Source: Candidatus Scalindua sp. (GTDB lineage: Bacteria > Planctomycetota > Brocadiia > Brocadiales > Scalinduaceae). Taken from it: 32,000 nt of DNA. Within the stretch, counting starts at the first letter, position 1. Every line of letters begins with the position of its first letter. A program made the position numbers and the translations under genes. Of the stretch, positions 18,913-26,919 are shown in pieces. Location: assembly GCA_031316235.1 (NCBI GenBank), contig JALDRA010000001.1, positions 3,180,001-3,212,000 on the forward strand, given 5' to 3'. The notes under the pieces were generated by a model. That model ran no database searches, was not told the origin of the DNA, and saw nothing but the letters and a program-made list of their open reading frames with translations.

Positions 18913-19917
18913 ATGAGTGCAAAGGCTAATTTTTTTAAGATCGGCATATTTGTTATCAGTGCTGCGATTATCGCGATCATTGCCATCGTTGTTTTGGGGG
19001 TCGGTACTCTTTTCAAAAAAAAGATCTTTTTTGAAACCTATATCGATGGTTCCGTCCAGGGTCTGGATGTCGGTTCTCCGGTTAAAATGCGTGGTGTTAA
19101 GATGGGCAATGTGGAGGAGATAGCTTTTGTGAAAGAGAAATACAAATTTGATCTCTCCTCAAAAGAATTTCTCAGTTATGGTCAATATGTGTTTATTCAG
19201 ATATCCATTGAACCAAAAATGGAGTCAACCGAGAAAGAGCAGAAGACATTTCTCGTAAACATGATTGCTAAAGGACTGAGAGTTCGTCTGGCTTCACAGG
19301 GGATAACCGGGGGTGCTTATCTTGAGGCGGATTTGCTTGATCCTGAAAAATATCCTCCCATGAAATTAGCGTGGGAACCCAGATCGTACTATATTCCCTC
19401 TGCACCCAGCACGATTACCCAATTTACAGAATCTGTGGAGAAAATCCTGGGAAAACTTGAGGAGATTAATGTCAAGGGAATTACAGATGGACTGGAGAAA
19501 ACTGTTGGTTCTGTGAACAAGGTACTGAATGATGTAAAGGTGGTCCGGATTGCCGAACATGCAGAACAATTGCTCGTTGAATTAGGTGAAACGAATAAGC
19601 GTCTGGAACCTCTCCTGTCTGATGCGTCTGCAACAATGGCGACAGTTAAACGGATTACCAGAGACTCAGAAAAACCTCTGACTCAAACCCTTAATTCATT
19701 AGATGAACTGCCTGAAATCTTTGTCCAACTCAAGCTGACCCTGCGCCGTTTTTCCAACCTGCTTGCCAATGAGGAGCAAAATATCGGTGTGTCTGCTGAA
19801 AATGTAAGATTGATTACGGGAAACCTTCGTGAGTTAACCGAGAACGCCAGGAGTTATCCATCACAAGTCTTTTTCGGGGGGCCGCCTCCACACTCAGCAC
19901 CGGGAGGGAGAAAATGA
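18913..19917 (+). CDS. mlaD: MlaD/MCE-domain substrate-binding protein with a long helical C-terminal extension
   Basis: AGGAGG RBS, an N-terminal TM anchor, an MCE domain (GLDVGSPVKMRGVKMGNVEEI) and a helical tail. Confidence 0.85.
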   Translation: MSAKANFFKIGIFVISAAIIAIIAIVVLGVGTLFKKKIFFETYIDGSVQGLDVGSPVKMRGVKMGNVEEIAFVKEKYKFDLSSKEFLSYGQYVFIQISIEPKMESTEKEQKTFLVNMIAKGLRVRLASQGITGGAYLEADLLDPEKYPPMKLAWEPRSYYIPSAPSTITQFTESVEKILGKLEEINVKGITDGLEKTVGSVNKVLNDVKVVRIAEHAEQLLVELGETNKRLEPLLSDASATMATVKRITRDSEKPLTQTLNSLDELPEIFVQLKLTLRRFSNLLANEEQNIGVSAENVRLITGNLRELTENARSYPSQVFFGGPPPHSAPGGRK

Positions 19918-20543
19918 AGAAGAAAATCTTTTTAACGTTACCCTTTGTCGTATGTATATTGTTCCCTTTGTTAACAGGATGTCTTAGTCTTGAAAAGAGC
20001 TATCTGGAAAAACACTATTTTGTTCTGGATGCCTCTCGTGACGGGGAGGCTGTATCCTCCGGGACAGGAGTAGTTCTTTCTGTTCGGAGATTTCAGATCT
20101 CTCCTCAATTTGAAGGTAAAAGTCTGATCTACCGATTGTCTGATTCAAGTTACGAGACTGATTTCTACAACGAATTTTTTGTTTCTCCCGCATCGCTGCT
20201 TACCGAAGAGGTTCGCCAATGGTTAAGGGATTCGGGTCTTTTCCAGAACATCGTAGATCCTTCCAGCTATCTGGATCCTTCGCACGTTCTTGAGGGCAGC
20301 GTTACCGCTCTCTATGGAGATTACCGTGAAAGTACAGTCCCAAAGGCGGTATTAGAGATACATTTTTTTCTCCTTCGTCAGGTTTCTGAGAGGTACGAAT
20401 TAATTTTTCAGAAACAATACCACAGGGAAGAACCTTTAAAAGGTAACACACCTGATGATCTGGTCAGAGGCTGGAACAATGCGTTTGAGAATATACTGGC
20501 AAAGTTTGAAACTGACATAAAAACAACTATTACCAAAGATTAG
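19914..20543 (+). CDS. ABC-type transport auxiliary lipoprotein (PqiC/DUF330-like)
   Basis: ATGA overlap with mlaD, GGAGGGAG RBS and lipobox LLTGC. Its size and position downstream of an MCE gene are typical for this family. Confidence 0.7.
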   Translation: MKKKIFLTLPFVVCILFPLLTGCLSLEKSYLEKHYFVLDASRDGEAVSSGTGVVLSVRRFQISPQFEGKSLIYRLSDSSYETDFYNEFFVSPASLLTEEVRQWLRDSGLFQNIVDPSSYLDPSHVLEGSVTALYGDYRESTVPKAVLEIHFFLLRQVSERYELIFQKQYHREEPLKGNTPDDLVRGWNNAFENILAKFETDIKTTITKD

Positions 20544-20754
20544 ATGCCAGGTTTCAGGTGTTTGTGCAGTAATAACCGATTCTGTGCATTTCAATTCCAA
20601 ACCTGTGATAGGGTTTTTCTGCACCAGGAAATTGTTTCTCACTAAAACACATACTAAAAACTCACTGTTTACAAACCTGAAAAAGTATATTACAATCCTT
20701 TGCCTCCCTCAGGGAACGGCGGCTTTGTCTCCTGTTTGTTCATTTTTTTGCATG

Positions 20755-20850
20755 TATACTAAAACCTTCCTGGTTTTAGCTTTTTCTAAAAACCAAAGCC
20801 TGCTTAATGGGTATCCCCGGACAAGGCCGAGGACTTTCCCCGGACCGGTG
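20755..20850 (-). repeat. TATACT-ended structured repeat, copy F (long type, inverted, truncated or rearranged)
   Basis: TATACTAAAACCTTCCTGGTTTTAGCTTTTTCTAAAAACCAAAGCCTGCTTAATGGGTATCCCCGGACAAGGCCGAGGACTT is collinear with 25372-25460. The right boundary is uncertain. Confidence 0.75.
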
Positions 20851-20958
20851 GTCCGTGCCATCTTCCTGAGAAAAGTGGGAAGAGGTGACGTAGATTACAT
20901 TTTACCAGAATTGACTGGATAAACCTATTTTTCGGTATACTGATTTCTCTTATATATT

Positions 20959-23085
20959 ATGAGTACAGAACACATTGTAAAGATAGCTGAAGAGCTTAAA
21001 CTTAAAAAAGAACAGGTACAGGCGGCAGGGTTGCTGCTTGATGAGGGAGCAACCGTACCTTTTATTGCCAGGTACCGGAAGGAAGCTACCGGCACACTGG
21101 ACGAGGTGGCGATTACGGCAATTCGTGATCGGTTTGCACAGCTGAGGGAATTGGATAAACGCCGGGAATCCATACTGAAGTCTCTGGCGGAAGCGGGAAA
21201 GCTTACGGATGAGTTGAAGGAAAAGATCCTGGCCGCGGAGACATTGGCAGTTCTGGAAGATCTCTATCTTCCATACCGTCCAAAACGCCGAACAAGGGCT
21301 ACCATTGCAAGGGAGAAGGGGCTGGAACCCCTGGCCAGACTCATATTTGAGCAGGAGGAGATCGATCTCCAGGAAGAGGCGGCAGGCTATATAGATGAGG
21401 AAAAGGGAGTTGCCTCGCTTGAAGAGGCACTTGCCGGAGCGCGCGATATCATTGCAGAATGGATTAATGAAGATCAGCAGAGCCGTGTCAAGATCCGTGA
21501 ACTCTTTGCTTCAAAAGGGGTTTTCAGGTCAAAGATGGTTTCCGGAAAAGAGGAGGAAGGGTTGAAATATAAGGACTATTTCGATCTGGAAGAGCCTGTG
21601 GACACTGCCCCATCTCATAGAATATTAGCCATGAGACGTGGGGAAAAAGAGGGTTTCCTTATTTTGCGTGTGACCCCGCCGGAAGAAGACGCGATCTCTA
21701 TTCTGGAGTCGCTTTTTGTCAAAGGTGAAGGTGTGGCATCAGGGCAGGTGAAGCTGTCGGTGCATGATAGCTACAAGAGGCTCCTGTCACCTTCTATAGA
21801 GACCGAGATACGTCTGGAAACAAAAAAACGTGCGGATGAAACAGCCATAAAGGTCTTTGCAGAAAACCTTCGGCAACTCTTGCTTGCGTCTTCACTCGGT
21901 CAAAAAAATGTCATGGCGATTGATCCGGGATTTCGTACAGGCTGCAAGGTGGTATGCCTTGATCGTCAGGGAAGACTTGTACATAAAGACGTTATCTACC
22001 CACATCAATCAAACGAACGTTCATCAAAAGATTCAGAAAAGGTTGCAAATCTCTGCGAAAGGTTTAACGTGGAAGCTATTGCTATCGGTAACGGGACTGC
22101 AAGCAGGGAGACAGAAGCCTTTGTCAAAAAGATTACACTGCCGGAACATATCCAGGTTGTCATCGTAAACGAGAGCGGGGCTTCTGTGTATTCTGCATCG
22201 GAAGTAGCCCGCGAAGAATTTCCAGATGAGGATATTACAGTGCGAGGGGCTGTTTCGATTGGGAGACGGCTGATGGACCCATTAGCTGAGCTGGTAAAGA
22301 TAGACCCAAAGTCTATTGGAGTTGGACAATATCAGCATGACATTGATCAGAACGCATTGAAGCAGGGGCTGGATGATGTTGTAATCAGTTGTGTGAATGC
22401 TGTCGGTGTTGAAATTAATACTGCAAGTCCGCAACTGCTCCAGTACGTTTCCGGCCTTGGGCCCCAACTTGCCAGAAACATTGTTGCATATCGTAATGAA
22501 CACGGACCACTGCCGTCCAGAGAGAAGCTGAAAAAAGTACCGAAACTGGGACCCAAGGCCTTTGAACAAGCCGCAGGATTTCTCCGCATAAGGGATGGAG
22601 AAAACCCTTTAGACAGGAGTGCAGTTCATCCTGAGAGTTATCATATAGTAGACGCCATGTCAAAAGATCTTGGTTGCTCTGTTCAGGATTTGATGGAAAA
22701 CGAGGAGATGAGAAGCAGGATCAACCTTGAGAAGTTTGTAACAGATACGGTAGGTATGCCAACCCTCCGGGATATTAAGCATGAGTTAACGAAACCTGGG
22801 CGCGATCCGCGGGAAAAGTTTGAGGTATTCAGTTTTGTTGAGGGAGTTGAAAAAATTGAAGATGTCGAGGAGGGAATGCAGCTTCCCGGAATTGTCACCA
22901 ACATAACCGCATTTGGGGCTTTTGTCGACATAGGCGTACACCAGGACGGCCTCGTACATATCAGTCAGCTTTCAAACAGGTTTGTAAAAGATCCCAATGA
23001 GGTGGTTAAGGTTCATCAGAAGGTAACGGTAACCGTGTTGGGTGTAGACCTGCAAAGGAGAAGGATCTCTCTTTCCATGAAATAG
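20959..23085 (+). CDS. tex: Tex transcription accessory protein (S1 RNA-binding domain protein)
   Basis: LLDEGATVPFIARYRKEATGTLDEV at the N-terminus, a YqgF/RuvC-like core, an HhH region, and a C-terminal S1 domain (GIVTNITAFGAFVDIGVHQDGLVHISQL). Confidence 0.95.
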   Translation: MSTEHIVKIAEELKLKKEQVQAAGLLLDEGATVPFIARYRKEATGTLDEVAITAIRDRFAQLRELDKRRESILKSLAEAGKLTDELKEKILAAETLAVLEDLYLPYRPKRRTRATIAREKGLEPLARLIFEQEEIDLQEEAAGYIDEEKGVASLEEALAGARDIIAEWINEDQQSRVKIRELFASKGVFRSKMVSGKEEEGLKYKDYFDLEEPVDTAPSHRILAMRRGEKEGFLILRVTPPEEDAISILESLFVKGEGVASGQVKLSVHDSYKRLLSPSIETEIRLETKKRADETAIKVFAENLRQLLLASSLGQKNVMAIDPGFRTGCKVVCLDRQGRLVHKDVIYPHQSNERSSKDSEKVANLCERFNVEAIAIGNGTASRETEAFVKKITLPEHIQVVIVNESGASVYSASEVAREEFPDEDITVRGAVSIGRRLMDPLAELVKIDPKSIGVGQYQHDIDQNALKQGLDDVVISCVNAVGVEINTASPQLLQYVSGLGPQLARNIVAYRNEHGPLPSREKLKKVPKLGPKAFEQAAGFLRIRDGENPLDRSAVHPESYHIVDAMSKDLGCSVQDLMENEEMRSRINLEKFVTDTVGMPTLRDIKHELTKPGRDPREKFEVFSFVEGVEKIEDVEEGMQLPGIVTNITAFGAFVDIGVHQDGLVHISQLSNRFVKDPNEVVKVHQKVTVTVLGVDLQRRRISLSMK

Positions 23086-23177
23086 CCCTGTTTGAACGAA
23101 AACTATCCATCTCCTGCGTTGCGGTAATAATTTCGTAATCCTCACGTACTTGAGTACGCTCCGGTTGGAAAAAAACA

Positions 23178-25334
23178 ATGTATGATACATTAAAAAGTGT
23201 TTTCGGTTTTCAGTCCTTCCGTCCGAATCAGGAAACCATAATAAAGAACATTCTCCAGAAAAAGGATGTTTTCGCCGTAATATCGACGGGCGGAGGCAAA
23301 TCTCTCTGTTATCAATTACCTGCTAAAATAATGGCAGGGACAACAGTGGTCATAAGTCCTCTGATATCTCTGATGAAAGACCAGGTGGATGCAGCGCTTG
23401 AAAATGGAATAGCGGCAGCCTTCATAAACAGTTCATTAAGCCGGCAGGAGATGTCAGCCGTAAACCAGAAGCTGCATAATCGTGCATTAGAGCTGCTTTA
23501 TATAGCACCTGAGCGTTTTGCAATGCCGAACTTCATCGAAGAGCTGAAAACTATTCCTCTCTCCCTCTTTGCCGTCGATGAGGCACACTGTATTTCAGAA
23601 TGGGGACACGACTTTCGCCCCGATTATCTGAGCCTGTCCAATGTAACCAGGCTCTTTCCGGATGTCCCTGTTGCAGCTTTTACGGCTACAGCAACGCCAA
23701 AGGTGCAGGACGATATTATCGATAAAATCGGACTCAGATCACCATTCATTGTCCGTGCATCCTTCAATCGGCATAATCTCTTTTATCAGGTAAAGAGAAA
23801 GAGGGAAGTGGGAGCACAGATACTGGAGTTTCTCAAGGAGTATAAAGATGACCCGGGAATAATTTATCGTACTACCCGCGATTCAGTTGTAAAGTTGTCA
23901 GAGTTTCTTATCGATAATGGTATTAAGGCATTACCCTACCATGCAGGATTGGAGGTAGATGTTCGTAAGGAGAACCAGGAGGCTTTTAGTAAGGACAAAG
24001 TGAACGTAATCGTGGCCACGGTTGCATTTGGTATGGGGATTGATAAATCAAACGTCAGGTTTGTCATCCATGCGGATTTACCGAAAAATATTGAAGGGTA
24101 TTATCAGGAAACCGGCCGTGCCGGCCGTGATGGTGAGTTGGCCAGTTGTCTCCTCTTTTTTGCCAGTCAGGACATACCGAAGATCAGGTATTTTATAGAC
24201 CAGATACCTGAAGATGAAGAGCGGTCAACTGCCATGTATAAACTGAACCAGATGGTTGCGTATGCTTCTCATTATGTTTGCAGGCGCAGGCAGCTGCTCA
24301 GCTATTTCGGTGAGGAGTATACAGCAGAAAATTGTGGGACCTGTGATGTCTGTGTCGATATGGTTGAAAAGGTAGATGCGACAACTGATGCGCAGATAGT
24401 AATGTCAGCTATTTTGCGGACAGACCAGCGTTTTGGGATCAATCATATTGTTGATATAGTAATAGGAGCCAATACGAGCCGTATCCGTGAATTGAACCAT
24501 GACGGCATTAAAACCTATGGTGCTGGTAAGCATAAAGACAAAAATCATTGGAGATTTATTGTTGACGAACTCCTGGCACAAGAGGTAATTGTTCAGGATG
24601 GAGGCCAATATCCCGTATTAAATCTAACAGCAAAAGGTTATAACATCCTCTATGGTCGGGAGACCATTTCGGCGTTAAAGAGAGAAGAGGTGAAAAAGAG
24701 GAAGAAGACTCTCAAAGGTCTTCAACTTGAGTCCTATGATGAGGTTCTTTTTGAGAGACTTCGTCTTGTCCGGATGAAATTTGCAGAGGAGCAGCAGGTG
24801 CCGCCCTACATAATCTTTTCAGACAAGGCCCTCCACGAGATGTGCGCCTTTTACCCTGTAACACCGGCAGACATGAAAAAAATCAACGGTGTGGGAGATG
24901 TCAAACTCGAAAGATATGGGAACGAATTTATCAGTGCTGTAAAAAGATATCTGAACGAAAACCCCGGCATTTCAGTTCCCGACACACAGTCCTTGTATCA
25001 ATCCGCTGATAAGCCGCAACGCAGGACAATGGGTGGCACGGTTGAGACAACCGGTAAACTTTTTAAACAGGGATTCTCGATCCATGAGATTGCAAAATCG
25101 CGGAACCTTACGGCAGCTACCATCTCCGCACACATTGAAACTCTGATAAGGGATGGCTGTGAAATTGAAATAGACCGACTCATTGACGCTGCAAAGCGAA
25201 AGGAAATTGAAAAGCTCTTTCAAGAACTCAAGACTTGGAATACCGGTCCGGTAGTTGAACATTCCAGAGGCAGGGTCAGCTATGACGAAGCAAAATTTGT
25301 TCGGGCATATGTACTTCGAAAGTCAGTGCAATAA
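23178..25334 (+). CDS. recQ: ATP-dependent DNA helicase RecQ with an extra C-terminal helix-turn-helix-like extension
   Basis: TGGGKSLCYQLPA, DEAHCISEWGHDFRPDY, VATVAFGMGIDKSNVRFVIH, QETGRAGRDG, a Zn-binding cysteine cluster (CRRR...CGTCDVC), an HRDC region, then about 120 further aa. Confidence 0.95.
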   Translation: MYDTLKSVFGFQSFRPNQETIIKNILQKKDVFAVISTGGGKSLCYQLPAKIMAGTTVVISPLISLMKDQVDAALENGIAAAFINSSLSRQEMSAVNQKLHNRALELLYIAPERFAMPNFIEELKTIPLSLFAVDEAHCISEWGHDFRPDYLSLSNVTRLFPDVPVAAFTATATPKVQDDIIDKIGLRSPFIVRASFNRHNLFYQVKRKREVGAQILEFLKEYKDDPGIIYRTTRDSVVKLSEFLIDNGIKALPYHAGLEVDVRKENQEAFSKDKVNVIVATVAFGMGIDKSNVRFVIHADLPKNIEGYYQETGRAGRDGELASCLLFFASQDIPKIRYFIDQIPEDEERSTAMYKLNQMVAYASHYVCRRRQLLSYFGEEYTAENCGTCDVCVDMVEKVDATTDAQIVMSAILRTDQRFGINHIVDIVIGANTSRIRELNHDGIKTYGAGKHKDKNHWRFIVDELLAQEVIVQDGGQYPVLNLTAKGYNILYGRETISALKREEVKKRKKTLKGLQLESYDEVLFERLRLVRMKFAEEQQVPPYIIFSDKALHEMCAFYPVTPADMKKINGVGDVKLERYGNEFISAVKRYLNENPGISVPDTQSLYQSADKPQRRTMGGTVETTGKLFKQGFSIHEIAKSRNLTAATISAHIETLIRDGCEIEIDRLIDAAKRKEIEKLFQELKTWNTGPVVEHSRGRVSYDEAKFVRAYVLRKSVQ

Positions 25335-25371
25335 GAAATTACGATTTACAAAGACCCTGCAGAATTTATCA

Positions 25372-25627
25372 TATACACTAAAACCGGTCTGGTTTTCGGT
25401 TTTTCTGAAAAACAAAGCCTGGTTAATGGTATCCCCGGACAAAACCAGACGCCGAGGACTTGTACTCGCTCCGGTTTTTCTCGAATTTTATACTCATTTC
25501 ATAATGGTTTTCGGATAAAATCCGAGATAAAATTGAGCGAGTATACCTTCACCAAGATTTGGTTTCCAGTAAAACCGAAAACCAAATCGGTTTTAGTATA
25601 TCCGAAATCCAGTATGAGATGAGTATA
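25372..25627 (-). mobile_element. TATACT-ended structured repeat, copy E (long type, inverted), interrupted by copy B
   Basis: Joining 25372-25490 to 25601-25627 gives a sequence collinear end to end with the reverse complement of copy D (30051-30188). Confidence 0.8.
25489..25600 (+). mobile_element. TATACT-ended structured repeat, copy B (short type, 112 bp), inserted inside copy E
   Basis: TATACTCAT...GGTTTTAGTATA. It differs from copy C at about 9 of 112 positions by manual alignment. It contains a TCGGAT/ATCCGA hairpin and a 10-bp stem (25556-25565 with 25579-25588). Confidence 0.85.
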
Positions 25628-25803
25628 TTTTACTTGTTTTTGCATGGTATCATGTGTAGCATAACGTGCTCAAAAGAGGTACCGTGAGACTGCAGATCCT
25701 GCACGTGATGACAGACATTTGGCAGAGCTGCTTGATAATGGTTGCATTTGCCCCGGGGCAATGGAAGATATATTTTATTTTTTCCGATGGAGATTAATTA
25801 AAT

Positions 25804-26496
25804 ATGAATATTTTAACAAAAAGAGGAAGTTGTTATGGAGTTGTTTTTGCGCTGGTTTTGGTATTTACCCTGCATGGTTGTAAAACGGCAAGCAATACCG
25901 TTATCAACGAACCCTCAACCCTGCAATCCGCATCCACACAGGCCAGCACGGAAAAAAGCGGTATTGCGGCGAAAGATGGCGGACTGAAGGAGAAAGAAGA
26001 GATTGTTACGGAAAAGAGTGACGGTGAAGGACCAGAGAAATCCAACCAGACCCAGAAAAAATCCAGGGAAGACCTTGAGAAGTATCTCTTCAATAAGTGG
26101 TCTGGTGCCTTAGGGCATGGTGGGGTTTCCGGGGGAAAGCCGGCGGAAGAGGAAGAGACTGAAAAAGAGAATGCTGACGAAAAGGTTGCTGAAGCGGAAG
26201 AAACGAAATCTTTTCCGGAGCTTGAGAAGATGGTGGTTGGTAAGTGGTTGAACGAGAAAGAGACAGAGTCAATGCAATATTTTGATGATAAAACTATAAT
26301 CATTAATAATGAAAGTACCAAGCAAACGATAAAGGGGACTTTCAGATTTACTGAAAAAGATAGTCTGACAGTCGACTTTAAGGAAGGTTTTTTGAAAGTA
26401 CCGTCAATGTCCTTCAAGATTACGATTTCCGAAAATGAGCTTACGCTGATTGGCTTAACGGATGGTGTGCCGACAATATATAAAAGAGTCAAATAG
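25804..26496 (+). CDS. hypothetical lipoprotein with an E/K-rich linker and a small beta-rich C-terminal domain
   Basis: Signal plus lipobox (FTLHGC), with GGAG upstream. An equally long antisense ORF exists but it is Ser-rich and low-complexity. Confidence 0.6.
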   Translation: MNILTKRGSCYGVVFALVLVFTLHGCKTASNTVINEPSTLQSASTQASTEKSGIAAKDGGLKEKEEIVTEKSDGEGPEKSNQTQKKSREDLEKYLFNKWSGALGHGGVSGGKPAEEEETEKENADEKVAEAEETKSFPELEKMVVGKWLNEKETESMQYFDDKTIIINNESTKQTIKGTFRFTEKDSLTVDFKEGFLKVPSMSFKITISENELTLIGLTDGVPTIYKRVK

Positions 26497-26719
26497 TGGT
26501 GATCAGGCCACAGAAGTAACTATCCCTGCAGCTAATGAGGAGATATGAGGTTTGCGGTCAAAGTATTGCTGATAAAGTAATTTCAGATAGGGGTCTATTG
26601 GAATTGCCTTGACATCATATAACCACTGAAATAAGATATTTTTTATCAATACTTACCGAAGCATTAAAAGCGGAGACTTACGTGTGACACCGGGGGGGAA
26701 CTCACTGTCAATAGAGTAA

Positions 26720-26831
26720 TATACTCATCTTATACTGGATTTCGGATAAAATCCGAGACAAAATTGAGCGAGTATACCTTCACCAAGATCTGGTTTCCGG
26801 TAAAACCGAAAACCAGATCGGTTGTAGTATA
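26720..26831 (+). mobile_element. TATACT-ended structured repeat, copy C (short type, 112 bp)
   Basis: Full-length counterpart of copy B, with a 10-bp stem (26787-26796 with 26810-26819). Confidence 0.85.
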
Positions 26832-26844
26832 TGTTGTAGTATAT
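26821..26844 (+). repeat. 12-bp tandem duplication (GTTGTAGTATAT x2) of the right terminus of copy C
   Basis: 26821-26832 and 26833-26844 are identical, read directly. Confidence 0.9.
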
Positions 26845-26919
26845 TATGAATCTCACATAGCAACACCATCCTTTTAAGTTTACAATGGGTGGTATTTATT
26901 CAATTTTTCAAATAAGATT

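Noticed and set aside
20584-20922. 112-aa + strand ORF between the PqiC-like gene and tex
   Set aside because: It reads straight through repeat copy F. It has no RBS, and its composition is unlike neighbouring genes.
25255-25518. 87-aa + strand ORF overlapping the recQ 3' end and repeat copies E and B
   Set aside because: It is out of frame with recQ and composed largely of repeat sequence.
25833-26492. 219-aa minus-strand ORF mirroring the lipoprotein gene
   Set aside because: It is Ser-rich and low-complexity, produced by reading the E/K-rich (GAA/AAG) region in antisense. The + strand ORF has an RBS and a lipoprotein signal peptide.
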